Assembly: GCA_028534125.1 (NCBI GenBank)
Contig: CM052832.1
Location: 6,884,001 to 6,948,000, forward strand
Direction: 5' to 3'
DNA from: Lama glama
Lineage: Eukaryota
Length of the DNA stretch: 64,000 bases
This document shows, piece after piece, positions 39,851 to 53,529 of the stretch. The stretch's first letter is position 1, and each line of letters opens with the position of its first letter. The translations under genes and the position numbers were made by a program. The notes below the pieces were generated by a model. That model saw only the letters and a list, made by a program, of their open reading frames with translations, ran no database searches and had not been told where the DNA came from.

Positions 39851-40792
39851 CTAGGTGCCCACTGGACAAGGAACTGAGCTGACTGCTGGGTGATGCCCAG
39901 AGCTCGGGGCTTGCCCTTCGTGGTCGTGTGCTGAGGTTGGGAGCTGCCTCCGGTAGAGGTGGCCATACTCACCTGTCGCTGTCCTTCCACCAAGCATTGG
40001 GATCTAGTGATCCCAGGATTGGGTTGTAAGGTGAAGCATTCTGAATTTCTTGGAGAATGTTCCTGTGTGAATCCAGACTAGTAACATTCCTATTCTGCAT
40101 GTGACAGAATGGTCACGGAAGCTGAGGCTGTATCGCCAGACCCAGGAAAAGGTTTCTGTGGTCCCGGGCAAGTTGCGTGTGAACAGAACTCATTCCCCTC
40201 TTCCACCAACGTGCTTTTTCTCTCATGCCCTGCACTTGGGGGGTTGTTCTGTCAAATTTCCCTTGACAGTCACTGCCTGGCCGGCTTTCCACCGCGCCAC
40301 GCGCTGCTGACACTCGCTGCTTCCCTGGGCAGTGCCCTGACGTCTGTGTGCTGGGACACGGCCACCTGGCAGTGAGGAGGTGCTACCGGCTCTGCCCGGG
40401 AACGTCACCGGGTAAAAATACAGTCATGACCGCACTTCCAATCCAATTTTGCGCACCAAGGGAGACAGGTAAGCGGTTCAAACAGGCAAGTCAATCCGTG
40501 AGTCCTCATAGGAAGGCCCCAGGAGGTAGGTCCTGAGAAAGGAGAATGTTTTCTTACAAGTAGAACGTTCCCATTGGCAAACGCGTGGAGTGGTTTATGC
40601 CCTTGACCCCCCGGGCCCTTGACCAAGACACTTGGCCTCTCTGGGGAATTTTTCAATCATGAAATAGATAGAACCACATTCCTGGGCCTGCTGGATCCTG
40701 GCCTCAATTCAAACTGTGTAAATTCATGGAATCCACTTATGGTTTCTGGCTACTGTTGACTTATTTTGATTAACTTTCACATTAGACAGTTT

Positions 40793-40796
<4 letters not shown>

Positions 40797-40842
<46 letters not shown>
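40797..40842. repeat. (GT)n microsatellite, about 23 units
   Basis: Perfect dinucleotide run. Shorter (CA)n runs at ~32779-32802, 39153-39175 and 58028-58056. Confidence 0.95.
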
Positions 40843-40844
<2 letters not shown>

Positions 40845-41567
40845 AGGGCTAATTTCCTTACATTCAAGGTCTTTTTCAACTGTCTCAGATACCATGATCT
40901 GGCAGGAAATTCATTCTTTCAAAGGCTAGCAAAGTAGTAATAAAGGGTGCTTTTGGCTCACAATTTATACATTTCTATTTTGAAGAGTATTTTCAACTGA
41001 TTTCAACATTGACACACTTAGGGGATGTCTGTCCTGCTGTGCCACTCCCCAGCCTCATTTAAACACGCTTCTCATGGGCCCTGCTTCTTCAAGGCAGAAG
41101 CCAGGAATTGGCTTTCAAACCCATTTCTTTTTGTGCTGAAGGTAGCCGGTGTGAGTGATGTGGTTTGCTACACAGGGCCCTTTTTGGAATTTCATTAGAA
41201 AAAAGTTGTATCTCAGAATCTTCTTTTAAGCCTTATTGATGCTGTGACATTAGTTATAATACCGAGTTCAAGGGCTTAGTATGCCCTCCTAGGGTTTTTA
41301 ACGCCAAATATTTACTTTATAACTTCAGTAAATTCTTTGGGGGTGATTTTCATGAAGACGGACAAAGAGTGGATCCAGGCTCCTACGTAGTTCTTGTGAC
41401 GAACGTGGAATCATCTGACTCCTTGGGGGAGACGGGTCAGACAGATCACACTGTGAGTGTCTTCGCCCTTCTCCTCCCCTTTCTCACCACCAGAGCGAAG
41501 CCTTTTCGCTGAGCGGATGCAGTTACAGTGATTCCCGAGAGCCTCCTCCAAGAGTGAGGAATAACGG

Positions 41568-41750
41568 GGATGATTACCAACATTTATCATGTGCTTACTG
41601 TGCGCTTTCTCACTGCTTTATATATGTTTGTCATTTAATCCCTGCAACAACTCTGTGCTAAATGTGAGTATTAGTATCCCCATTGCACGGAACAGGAGAC
41701 TGAGGCACCAATGGTGAGGTGGCTTGTTCAAGGTCACAGAGCTTGTAAGT
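41568..41750 (-). mobile_element. MIR SINE
   Basis: tcatttaatccctgcaacaactctgtg...gagactgaggcac...aaggtcacagagc. Other MIR-like copies at ~1700-1915, 8975-9150, 10430-10640, 12790-12960, 15765-15960, 32000-32160, 37860-38057, 44880-45050, 53930-54070, 56310-56450 and 59770-59980. Confidence 0.75.
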
Positions 41751-41861
41751 GTTTCTCACCTTCCACCTGCCTGAAGGAGTGCCCTAAGGGGCCAGTGCAG
41801 TCTGTGTGGTGTGTGGGGGTGAACGGACAGCCTTCCCTGACCACCTTTGGCCTTTCTTAAT

Positions 41862-41951
41862 TAAAAAAAATTAATGGCGGTACTGGAGATTGAACCCGGG
41901 ACCTCGTACATGCTAAGCACGCCCTCTACCACTGAGCCATACCCTCCTCCG
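41862..41951 (-). mobile_element. Camelid-type tRNA-derived SINE, short form
   Basis: gattgaacccgggacctcgtacatgctaagcacgccctctaccactgagc. TSD ctttggcctttcttaat (41845-41861) / ctttgggctttcttaat (41952-41968). Confidence 0.9.
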
Positions 41952-44634
41952 CTTTGGGCTTTCTTAATACCTCTTCCCATGGCCCTCCCTGCATGCTGTG
42001 GTAGGCTTGAGTGTTGATAATAGACTCCCAGGGCCTGTTCACTATACATACCCCAAGCTCAAACAAAAACAGTAAGATAGGAGAGTGGTTGTTATTTATA
42101 CATATAGTAGTGCTCTGCAGTTACCTGCTGAGTGCAGGAGCGGACGGGTGAAGCCCAGAGCAGACGCAGTCAGCAGTGTCCCCAGGGAGGTGGGGGGATG
42201 GGCGGTCTCCACGGGCACCCCCACGGTTTCCCCCTTTTCCTTGCCCAAATTCATTTGCCTCTTTCACCTCCCACTAGCCATGGTGCTGTGTAAGAAGGCG
42301 CCAGTTTAATATCAGACATGCCATTCACTGGGTAATGCCATATAAGACGTATTATTAGAAATTCACACGGCTTCAGTTAATACCTACATTTGACCAGGCT
42401 GTCCAGTGTCAGGGTCGAATTCCTCACACTCCATCTCATTAACCTCCTTTGCTATGATCCTGACCCTCTGCTGGAGCTCATCCCTCCCGTTGCCGTCATG
42501 CTGCTATCCCCAACCCTCCTTAGAAAGCACTTGGGCGGCCTCCGCAAATGCCAGCGCCTAGTCTGGACCCTTTAAACAAGGATCTCTGCGGGTGGGGCTC
42601 TGGCTTCTGCATTTCCTACAAGCTCCGCAGGTGACTCCAAGTACAGCCAGAATTGAGCATCCCTGGTTTAATCCCTGGGGTCCCCAAATGACTGCACATC
42701 AGAGCGTCTAAAACAATACAAGCCCCTAGGCTCCACCCAGGACTTCGGGTGTGGGAGCAGATCTGTATTTACTGTTGCCTGAATGCCAGACTTTCCCATG
42801 CAGGCTCGTCCCCACCAACCTCCATGTGCCCTTTTCTTGCTTGAAATGCGTTTCTCCCTCTCCTCTCCCCTTTGCCTTCTTAGAACCCAGGATTTTGTTG
42901 TTTTAAAGAAACCCCCTTCTGAATGACACATACATTCCCCTGCATCCCACTGGCTCTTGTGTCTGCTTTCTCAGTTCACAGGATATGAATTTGCAGCACT
43001 AGCTTTATAGATGATTAAAATCGGTGTGATTTCTGGCAGGACATAGAGAAAAACGCCGCGGTTTTTCAAATGGTTCCACTGCCCCTACAAGACTTCAATG
43101 GCCATCGTACTTTAGTGTGTGTGAAGCATCTGAAGTCAGATGTGGGGCAGGGGATGGGGGAGGTGCCTAAGGAGACAGGATCCCTGAGGCGGGGTGAGGG
43201 AGGTGCCCAGAAAGGTGAAACGGATGCGCCTGTGGTTGGTGAGCTACAGCCCTGTGTCAGGGAAGGATAGGAGATGAAGGACACGGTCCCTGCCCACAGT
43301 GAGCTTGTGTCCACACAAACGATGCACAATTTCAGTACCTTCCTCACAGGGCTGTTGGGAAGATTACGTGAGTCAAAGTATGCAGAGTGCTTCAAACGGT
43401 GCCTGGCACGTGGTAAGTGCTCAAGAGAGCTCCACCACTGTTAGTGTTTGGCTTTGTTGGTGACCCCGTGCCCCTCCCTTGTCTATAGAGCTCTGTGGCA
43501 TTTCTTATTTAAAGCTTCTGACTTTTACTCCTCCACCAAACCCTTATCTCAGCATTTCATCTTGTGTCAACAAAGGTTCACAGCACTTTCAGTGGCCCAG
43601 GTGGCCCCCAGGCTGGGCACAGACATGACCACAATGAATCAGGGTGTCTGCCCTTGATCAGACTGGATGGAGGAGACCACCTCCACACCTGCCTGGTGTG
43701 AGGAGATGCAGGGAGCCAGAGCCAGGAGGAAGGCTGATGGAAAGGACAGCAGGGGTTCAGAGGGGGAGCTGCCACTTCAGGCTGACGGGGTGGGGAAGGC
43801 TTCACAGATGCCTGTGTTTGAGGAGAAGCCTTGAGAAGAGCAGGGCTGGTGATACAAACGGGCCACACTCTATCACTTTATCATCACCTGCACTGTAGAT
43901 CCTCTTCAAATTCCCACTTTACAGATGGGGACACTAAGGCTTAGAGAGGTGGTCACTGACTCTCAGTATCTCAGAGCTATATTCTTATATGGTCTATGGG
44001 GAGCAGTGAGGGGAGGGGGAGGTTGGAGAAGACATTCCAGGCAGAGGGAGCAGTGGGAAATGCGACAGAGCATGAGAGTGCAGGGCATGGGGTGGGGGTA
44101 GGGGTGTCCAGTGAGGTTATGCCCAGGGGATGGGTAAGATCTACACTTAGAAAAGTTGGTTGTCTGGATAATACTCAGGTGATCTAACGTCTAGCGTCAG
44201 TTTAAGTGCTGGGGCAAGGTCTGGATTGTCCCACGCCGTGTCTGCTGTTAGTCCTTTCCTGCTGGATGCTGGTGAATCCAGAGGGTCCCGAGGCGGGTGG
44301 CCGGGGTGGTGGAGAGATGCTGTGGTACAGCTGCTGACCGGCCAGTGTGGATACTTCAGTCCTGGAACATGGCCTGAACATCCGCTCAGTCTGTGACCAA
44401 GTCATGATGCTTCTTGATTCTAAGGGAGAGGAGTTTGGACTTACTATTGTCATTAATTATTTTTGTTATGATCATAGCTTGTTTTGATTTTGAGTGCCCT
44501 TAAAACTTTTTAGGGGGAGCTGGTGGAATATGTAAAATCAATAATGTGGAATGCAAGACCTAAAAAAAAAAATCTCCTGGAAAATTTACGCTCTTCTTTC
44601 TACTTCGCTCTGAGCTATGCCCTACCCACTGGAG

Positions 44635-44826
44635 TCTCTTTTGATTGACTTAAATTCAACTGATTTGGGGCCTTGATTACTTTTGCAAAATTCCTTCACC
44701 TTTACCAGATTCTGTGGGCTAGAAACAAGTCCTAGCTCCCATCCACACTCAGGGAGGGGGCTCTACAAGAGCATAAATGCCAGAAGACGGGTCATGGGGC
44801 GGTCACTTTAGGGTCTGTTTGTCGCA
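44635..44826 (-). mobile_element. MaLR LTR fragment (MLT1E/F-like)
   Basis: aaattcaactgatttggggccttgattac...ccacactcagggagggg motif. Confidence 0.6.
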
Positions 44827-45879
44827 GGTAGGTCGCACTAACTTTCCTCCGCATATAATTACATTAGCCGGCACCTCTTACACACCATCTTCTCTTATCA
44901 CCATGACTGCATGAGGAAGGAATTGATAAAGGCCCATTTCACAGGAAAGGAGACTGAGGTTTAGAGATCCAGTCCCTTTCTCTAGGCCACATGGCTCAAA
45001 GGGGTGGAACGTGGGCTTGAATTCAGGTTTGTCAGCCATCAAACCAATCACCCCTAAAACCTATGTGTCACTTAAGGGAGTTGACAGTCTTAAGGACCCA
45101 GAGGACACTGTTGCACTGGAAACTAAGGTTTTACTCTGACCTTACTACATGCACACCAACTTTATTTATGTTTCTTCCCAAGCTTAGATTAGGTCACATC
45201 TATTACCTTGAACTTGGCATAAATATATTTCCTGAGAGAGGAAGGAGACCCTTACTATGTAACAGGATTTCTTTTTCCGCATAAGTTCTCTTGTAGCCAT
45301 TCTGCAGAGTGAATGCTATTATCCGAATTTTCCCTAGGAGGAAGCTCCCCGCATGCTCAGGGAGGTCGTGTGACACTACTCGTAGCTGTTGGGATGGAAA
45401 TGTGACAACAACCATCGCACTTTGTTGGACGCTCGTGGGTTTTCTAAAACAAGAAGGAAACGAAAATAAAAGCCAGGATGGAGATTTCTTTTTGTTTGCT
45501 TTAGACAGTTTTATTTTTAGCCATCTCTTTAACTCGCTGACCCATTTGCTGGAATGGAAACTAGTAACTTAAACATGAATGGAAACCACTTTAAAAAATA
45601 ATAGCCCAACACTGGTGCCGCCTGCGGTGACACAGAGGCTGAGGTTTTTGGAGGAGTGCAGAGAATCTACCTGGCTTTGCTTGATCTTAAAAATAAACTT
45701 TTGTTGTAAAACAGACCGCAGCCTGTAAATAATACTTGCATAATTATATGATCGAATTGTCCTAACAACCCTGTTTGCTTGTCGCTACTTTACAGATGAG
45801 GGAAAGTTTCAGAGAGAGTCTCTGTGTCTTGGCCAAGGTCACCCAGTGCATGTTAGGAAGAGCTCACTGAGCTACCACG

Positions 45880-46499
45880 CATTACTCTTCAAAAAGGGAA
45901 CATGACGCTGAAGCCAATTCAGAGATCACCAGGGCTGCTTCCTTAGTTTTAAAGAGTGGATCCATTGCCTTGGTTTCAACAGGCCAGACAGCCTCCGACC
46001 AAGAGCTGAGGGGGGGAATCGCCCTGCAGAGCCTGGGAGGGAGGCTTCCCAGAGCCGTGGGGGGCAAGACTGCTGCCCCAGTAGGTTTGGAAGCAGAACA
46101 TGGAGCTAGAGGATCACTCTAGAGATTTTGAATCTAACTGAATTTGCTTTGCTGGGCTTGGGACTGGCTTGGGACCCATCATCCTTTCTTCTTTTGTATT
46201 TCTCCCTTTTGGAGAAAAGGGGTGTGCATCCCACGCCTGTCCCCCTATCGTATTTTGGAAGCACGTAACTTGTCTGGCTTCACAGATTCACAGTGGGAGA
46301 ATTTTGGCTTAGGATGAATCATACCTGGAGTCTCACCCACATCTGATTTAGATGATATTTAGATAAGACTTTGGACTTTAGACTTCAGAGTTATGTTGCA
46401 ATGAGTGAAGACTTTGGAGCTACTGGGGTGGAATGAATGCATTTTGGGTGTGAGAAAGACATGAGTTTGTGGGGCAGAGGGCGGGGGGCAGGGGTGGAA
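45880..46499 (+). mobile_element. MaLR internal (MLT1-int-like) fragment
   Basis: Abuts the LTR; gactttggactttagac...gagtgaagactttggag...gcattttgggtgtgagaaagacatgagttt plus G-rich PPT. Confidence 0.7.
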
Positions 46500-46864
46500 T
46501 GCTGTGGACTGAATTGTGCCCTGCTCAGATTCATATGTTGAAGCCCTAACCCCCAAAGCGACTGTATTTGGAGATAGGGCTGTCAGGAAATAAGTGAGGT
46601 GAAGTGAGGTCATAAAGGTGGGTCCCAAGTCCAACAGGATTGGTGGCCTTACAAAATGAAAAAGAGAGAGGGCTCTCTACGCTAAAAGAACACGGTCAGA
46701 AGGCAGCTGTCTCCAAGCCAGGAAAAGAGCCCTCACCAGGAACCGAATCAACTAGCATCTTACTCCTGGGCTTCTTAACCTCCAGAACTACGAGAAACAA
46801 GTTTCTTTTCTTTAAGCCACAAAGTCTATGGTATTTTGTATAGCAGCTCAGACAGACCAAGCCA
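46500..46864 (+). mobile_element. MaLR LTR (MLT1A-like)
   Basis: tgctgtggactgaattgtgcc...attcatatgttgaagccctaaccccc...tttaagccac...ggtattttgtatagcagc; preceded by a polypurine tract. Confidence 0.85.
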
Positions 46865-49800
46865 TCCCTTTAAAACCTTAATATTGTATTGCCCCCTGAA
46901 AAAGCATTCTATATGTCCCTCTCTGGCCAGCTTTTACCATCAGCTAACAAATCAATAAACATTGCAGAAAATATAGAGATATGTACAAGATGTTTCTTTC
47001 TCCAATGGAGACTACAGTTCAGCCAAAGAGGTAAATATGGATACACACACCAACAGGTATCTAACTTCAAAGGACAGCAGAAGATAGTGCTACGTGTTGA
47101 AGAACAATGACTTCTGTCTGGCCAGGGTGTATCGAGACAGGTTTTGCAGAATAAGAAGTGATGTGTTAATAAATGTCTTTAGGAAGCAATCTTTTTGCAG
47201 AGCTTCCCACATACCAGCTAAGTTAATGGGGTCAGGTGCTTGGGTGAAGTCCACAGTACCACTCATGTTGCTATTCTCAGTGTCGTCCTCTGGCTGCCAG
47301 TGGAAGAGTATCAGGTCTCCAGTTTCATGGCATCACTGCAGCTGCAGTGGCTTTCAAGTGAGACACAGCCGCCACTGATACGCAGGGAGTAGTTCATGGA
47401 AAGTGACTCAGGGTGATGCTGTTCTGGAAGTGTGTGCAAGCAACATGGCTCCAGGTTGTCTGTCCTTGCCCAAGCCGCCTTGTGTTGGGCAAGGTCACAA
47501 TTCCTGTCTCTTTTTAATCTAAGCAGCTGAGTGATTCTACACGGGCTTGAGCTATTGGCCCCGTACCTGTGGATTGCAGAGGACATTGCATCCTCACCAG
47601 GGTTTCTCCCCAGTGAATGAGCAGAGGGGAAATAGCTCTAAAAAGGCACTTGCAGCTTCATGTATTTTTCAAGTATTTCTTGGTGTCAAGGAATCCTTTT
47701 TTGGATTCCACTAAATCCTATGTGGGGCCTCAGTATATAAAAAAGATAGAACAGTGAGCTCTGACTCAGCCTCCCCCTGACCCCAAGGGGCCCTGAGGTA
47801 CCCCCACAGAATACTGGGACCTCAGGGGTCGTGGTCCCAAACCCTCCATTCATGCCTGCCCTTTCCAACTGCAGGTACCACTGCCCTCCAAGGCAACAAG
47901 TTCCTTTCATCCGAATGGATGCCGAGCAGGATTTGTGCTCGCCAGAGGTCACACAGCTACTCATGGGCCAAGATGGGACTGGAGCGTGGGTTTCCTGACT
48001 CATAGCCAGTGCTCTTCATCCTCTGGGTGGCTCTGTCCAATGGCACTAAGGATTCTGACAAGCCCGCATTTCCGTTACACCAAAGAACCCAGTGGCACTG
48101 GGAAGACAATGGTGGTGTGTCAGTCAGGAGCTCACTGGAAGCTACTGCACCCTAACTTGGGCATTTGGAAGAGAGTTTAGTAAAGGGGTTACTTGCAAAG
48201 ATCTAAGCAGGGTTTAGAGGCCCCATCAGGAGATTGTAGAGAAATACATCTGGGAAAAACAGCAAGGACCTTTCTTTATCCCCGCCAAGCCTGGACATTT
48301 ACCCAAACCCAGAGAGTTGCTGGAAGGGTGTGGCTTTCAGTGGATGAATGCACCAACCCACAGTACCCCAATTGACATGGAGCCTGCGCAGTAAATACCC
48401 CGACTTCACGCTCCTTAACACCCATCTTCCTCTGGTGTATCATTGGTCTACCATGTCCTTAGCAGCTGTGGGACAGGGGCCCCTTCATACTGTCCCCACG
48501 GTCAGCATCCCCAGTTTTTGCATCATGATCTGACCCCTGTCTGTCCCTGTGGACCCATCCCTCACCATCCCTACCCCACTGTCCAGTGAGAATCCCACTG
48601 AACAAGCAGCCCAGGGCCGGGTTCTTGTCCCTCCCAGACACTGCGTGGGCGTCTCCCCTACCTCAGAAGTTCCTCCCCCTTTTGCCTGGACTCAGCCCTT
48701 GGAAATCTTTTCAGCCCCTCCTTCCCACCCAGCCAAGCCGGAGTAGATCTCCCTTGGGTGTTCCTCCAGTACCCTGAGTGCGGCTCTGCCACTGGTCCAC
48801 CCCATCACCTTCTAAGAGCACGCTGAGCATTGTGTCTGCCCCCGAGGGAGTCGTGGGGTCAAGGATGGCAACCCCTGACCTTACCGCCATTGTGTTAGGA
48901 CAGTGCCCGACGCAGAGCTGCTCAGTGAATGTCTGTGGAGGGAAAGGACTTCCTGTGCCCCAGTCTTCTCATCCTTGAAAACAGAGTATCGTGGGAAACT
49001 CGATGAATTCTTCATGAGTGGTTTTGAGGGATGGCTGTAAACCAAGGCAGTCACCTCCTGATTTATTTTTTCCGTAAAAGTTGACTCTTAGAATCACATT
49101 TTGTGAGTACCCAGCCTCAGTGAAGGCAAGAAACCCCTGAAGTTCTCCCCCTGCGGTGAGTCCCAGGAGGAGGCATCCAGTGGCAGTGGAAATGTGATTG
49201 GCTACACGTGGTGTCACGGTTTGTGGGGCACATGTGCTGCATTACCTAATTTGTCTCTCAAGACAAACCTGTGGAGGTGGGGACAGTTAGTCCAAATGCC
49301 ATTATCCCCATTTTACTGATAGAACAAAACTCCAAAGTCACGTGTCTCGCCTGAAGTCACACAGCCAGTCACAGGTGCATGCGGGGTGGGGCCCCCGATT
49401 TCTGCCCAGCGTCCCTTCCCCTTGAGAACGGTGAGTCTAGGGACAGCCTGGGCCCCATGAAAGTCTGCTGCCATCATCGAGCTGAAGACGGTGGAGTCAC
49501 AGACCAAGAGGCCTGGAAAGCACTGCAGACTTACTTCTGCTCAACCCTCTCATCTTGAACACAAGGAGCCAATTCACCGAAGATCCCTCTGATGTTTTAT
49601 TGGTTGCTTGATGCCAAGTCCCTGCTTAAACTTGGGGGGGGTGCAGTTCCCTTTTGGGGCCAGTCTTCCCTTTCCTTGACTGCCCCACGAGGTGCTTGTC
49701 CACACTCTTAGAATCTCTTCTCAAAGGATCAGGTTCTGTTCATGTCTGTGAGTTATTCATTCAAAGAACAGTATTTTGAGAGTCTACTACCTGCTAGGGT

Positions 49801-49884
49801 CCAGCTGTGAACAGAGCAGACAGCGTCCTGCCTTCACGAGGCTTGTATTCTAGCGGATGAGACAAGACATGAAGAAATATATAA

Positions 49885-50125
49885 AAAGTTATACTCCGTT
49901 TATAGTTATAAATTTTTTCCTATGTTCCTTGTGTTGTGCAATATATCCTTGTAGCTTATTTTATACCTAACGGTTTGTACCTCTCCGTCCCCCACCCCTG
50001 TATTCCTCCTCCCCTCTTCCTCCTATACATGGAGTATAACCTTTACAAACTGCGAATCACTCTGTTGTACATCTGTAATGTATGTGATATTATACATCAA
50101 CTATACTTCAATTAAAATAAAAAAA
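49885..50125 (+). mobile_element. Short 5'-inverted L1 3' end inserted in an L2
   Basis: ~49885-50023 is antisense L1 3'UTR; 50024-50125 is the sense L1 terminus ending caactatacttcaattaaaataaaaaaa. Confidence 0.75.
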
Positions 50126-52274
50126 TATAAAATGCTATGAAGGAAATAAACGGGGCTGATTTAGAGGGGGAAAGGGATAAAGGAGCCATCCGGGAAAGGC
50201 ACTGTATTTGAGCCCCTAACGCAGGGCTTCACTGCTATTAGGTGCTGAGGAAACAATTGGTGGATGAATGATTGTGTGCATAAATTACAGTGAATGAATG
50301 AATGGATGGCCATTTGTATTCTCTTTTAAATCAGACTGCCCCTCAACCTCCCTTGACCTACCTGTTGCCCCTCGATACCAGTGGGTTCATACCTAACTCT
50401 TCCGTGTGGGTCTCCCCCGACCTGTAACTCCCTGCTGTGAGCCGAGCAGGGGAGCAGTGTGGGTCCAGCTGGCTCTGTGGAGTGCCACTGTCACCCTGCC
50501 CACAGGCTGTGATGACAGCTCCCCATGACTGTCCTACGTGCTCTGCAAGAATGATTCCTGTCTCGATGTCACGTACCCAGCCCCAACCCCCACTCAGCAG
50601 TGCAGGAGGGACATTACTCTTTCAGTGACATTTTGGTGGCTCTGTGCATGAACGCCCACACCCTTTCCCAGAAGGCATGGATTTTTATGGCTTCCTAGGC
50701 AGAATGCCAGTAAAGCCCCACCCAGTGATCCCCCATGCTCCTCCCTCCCTGAACTGCTGCAGGAACTTTATTTTGGGGGAATCAGGCTGTGCGGGGGTCC
50801 CTGGGTAGAGGTTTGAGGATGTAACAGATTTGTTGAGAATTCTGGGCCCTTGCTGAATATATGCCATCAAGACACTGAGCTCCTCTGTTTTATTGATATT
50901 CTGTGTTTCTCCAGGTGCCAGAACGTGCAGGCTTTTCCTGGTACAGCCCCTAAAACTAGGCATCCAGCCTCAGTAATTCACCTTATACTCAAATTATTTC
51001 TCACCTTTTCCCAAGACTTATTCTGCCTCTGGGTTTATCATTATTCCTTTCAGTTCTTACCAACTCCAGTCATGTGTCACTTAGACTGACTCCCAGGCAA
51101 GAGATAAAAGTGTCCATCAGCATGAAAAGCTAATCATTGACTTCTCAAATGTCCCTTAGTAAAGGCACTCATCTAGGCAGCCAGGCAATCTGAGACAGCA
51201 TTGACCCAAGTCTTTAGCTCCACGTGTGAAATCTCGCACAAGCTTATACGTATGTAACGTCATAGACTCATCCACCAAAAGACTTAGAGAAGCCTTAGAG
51301 GTGAACCTGTTCAACTCAGAAGGAAACTGAGCCCTGGGCAGGGGCAAGAAGGGCTTTCCCCAAGTCTCCCAAATGCATAGGGTGGGGCTGGGATGAGAAC
51401 AAGACCCTCGTACTGTTTGTGGTCTGACATTCTTTCACTGTTCCAAGCTGCTGGTGTGGCCAACTCATCACACATCAAAACTTCCCGCAAAGCCAGGACC
51501 CTCTGTATGTCCCATTTCTCACATTGGCTTCGCCACCTTCCAGGGTCCTAGAGCAAAGCCTCAGCGTCATCCTTGACCGTTCCCTGTGTTCCATCAGGCA
51601 CCGAGTCTTCCTTCAGGCTGGTCCCCTTGGCTGAGGCCCATCAAAGCTGAACAGCCACAGGGAGGTGCAGAGTTTTCCTCCCATCTAGACCTGACCCCCA
51701 CAGAGTCCAGGGTCAGAGGAGCCTCGTTCATTCATTGCACCGCATCTGAGTATCAACTGCAGAAGAAGAAGAAAGTTACGCGCTGTGTGGTCTTTGACAA
51801 ACAAAAACATCAACTCAGATTTGCCCATGGCTTAAACTTCTCCCTGGTGGTAAACATAAGCCTTTAAGAATCGACACTGCTTTTGCAGGTGTTTAGAAGC
51901 CACCTTATTTAATTTGTTAAATTAAAATTGTCACTTGCTTATGGCTCCCTACTGAGTTTCTTTAAAAGCCCAGAGTGTTCAGAAATTTCAGAAATTATCT
52001 AAGACAAGAAGCCTCCTCTTGTCTAACAAGTAAAAGCTTCTAGTAGGAAATTGCAATAAAATAGAAAGTGAAAATAAGGGGTGTAAGAACCTGTGATCAA
52101 GGTCAACAAAGCTATTGAGACTGGGTTTCGATTAGATTTTGAGTTTCTTGGAAGGCAGGGGGGAAAAAGGAAAACAAAGTAAGTTATGGAATTCTCTTTT
52201 TGAGAGTGGAAGAAGCCATTTCATTTCTTGGAGGAAATAAAATTCCCCACCACTGAATTGCTTTGAAAAATAAT

Positions 52275-52450
52275 GTTTTTTTTAACTTGTAAAAGTAATT
52301 CATTCTCTTTGTAGAAAATTTGAAACAGATAAAAATATAGGATGTCACCCATAATCCACTACCCAAAGATAATTTCTGATAACATTTTGATTTCTTTCTT
52401 TTAGTCTTTAAAAAAAAATATTGGGATCATACGGCCTATGGTTTTGGGGT
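52275..52450 (-). mobile_element. Old L1 (L1ME/L1MC-like) 3' fragment
   Basis: tgtagaaaatttgaaacag...tcacccataatccactacccaaagataa...aacattttg motif. Confidence 0.55.
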
Positions 52451-53100
52451 TTTTTTTTTTTCTTCAGTTTTCAGTTTTATTAGGAATATGGCCTGTACTG
52501 GTGTGCTGTATTCACAGCATTACATCACTTGCTTCTCCCCTTACCATTAAGTATCTCCTTTTATATGTGGCACTGGGTCCTAAGTCCATTTCTCAAATGA
52601 CGTTTTGTGTGGTATATGGTGGGGGATGCTGAAGAATAGAATAACGTCAACTTTTTAAAAATAGTAAATGCAGTAGAAGACTTTGTGTGATGATTTCTCG
52701 TAGTGACAGCTGGCAAACACTGAGGTCAGGACGTTAAAATGTAATTCAGGGAGAGTGATTTTTCACAGGTGCTAATCTTACGCAGTAGAAGTATTTAATT
52801 AACTGTTGGCAGCTCAGAGTGATTCCAGAGAAGGCAGAAGTCTGGAAGGGCAGACGGAGTGCATGGAGCCCTGAGTGCACCTTCCCTAAATGTCACTTTC
52901 CAGGGGGCTGTAAACTCAAAGCTACTTTTAGGTTTTGAGTTACCAGGGAATCTATTCAGGTAGTTGGGTCTTTAAGATACGAAATAATACTTCAGTGAAC
53001 TGGGAAAGGATGTGACTTGCTTAGAGCGTATCTCTTCCATTCAAGGGGTCACTTTGGCCTGGGAAAGGGGGAGGATATGGCCCCTCCCCCCTTTCTGATT

Positions 53101-53493
53101 TTAATTTTTTTTTTCATTTTTTGTACACTTTTTAAAGGTTACACTCCATTTACAGTGATTACAAAATGTTGGCTATATTCCCCGTGTTGTTCAGTACATC
53201 TTTGTAGCCTGTCCTACACCCAGTAGTTGATACCTCCCACTCCTCGACCTGTATACTGCCCTCCCTACTGGTAACCACTGATTTGTTCTCTGTATCTGTA
53301 AGTCGGCTTCTTTTTTGTTATAGTCACTAGTTTGCTGTATTTTTTAGATTCCACATATGAGTGAGATCATACAGCATTTGTCTTTCTCTGTCTGACTTAT
53401 TTCACTTAGCATAATGCCCTCCAAGTTCATCCATGTTGCTGCAAATGGCAAAATTTCATTCTTTTTTATGGCTGAGTAGTATTCCATTGAAAA

Positions 53494-53529
<36 letters not shown>

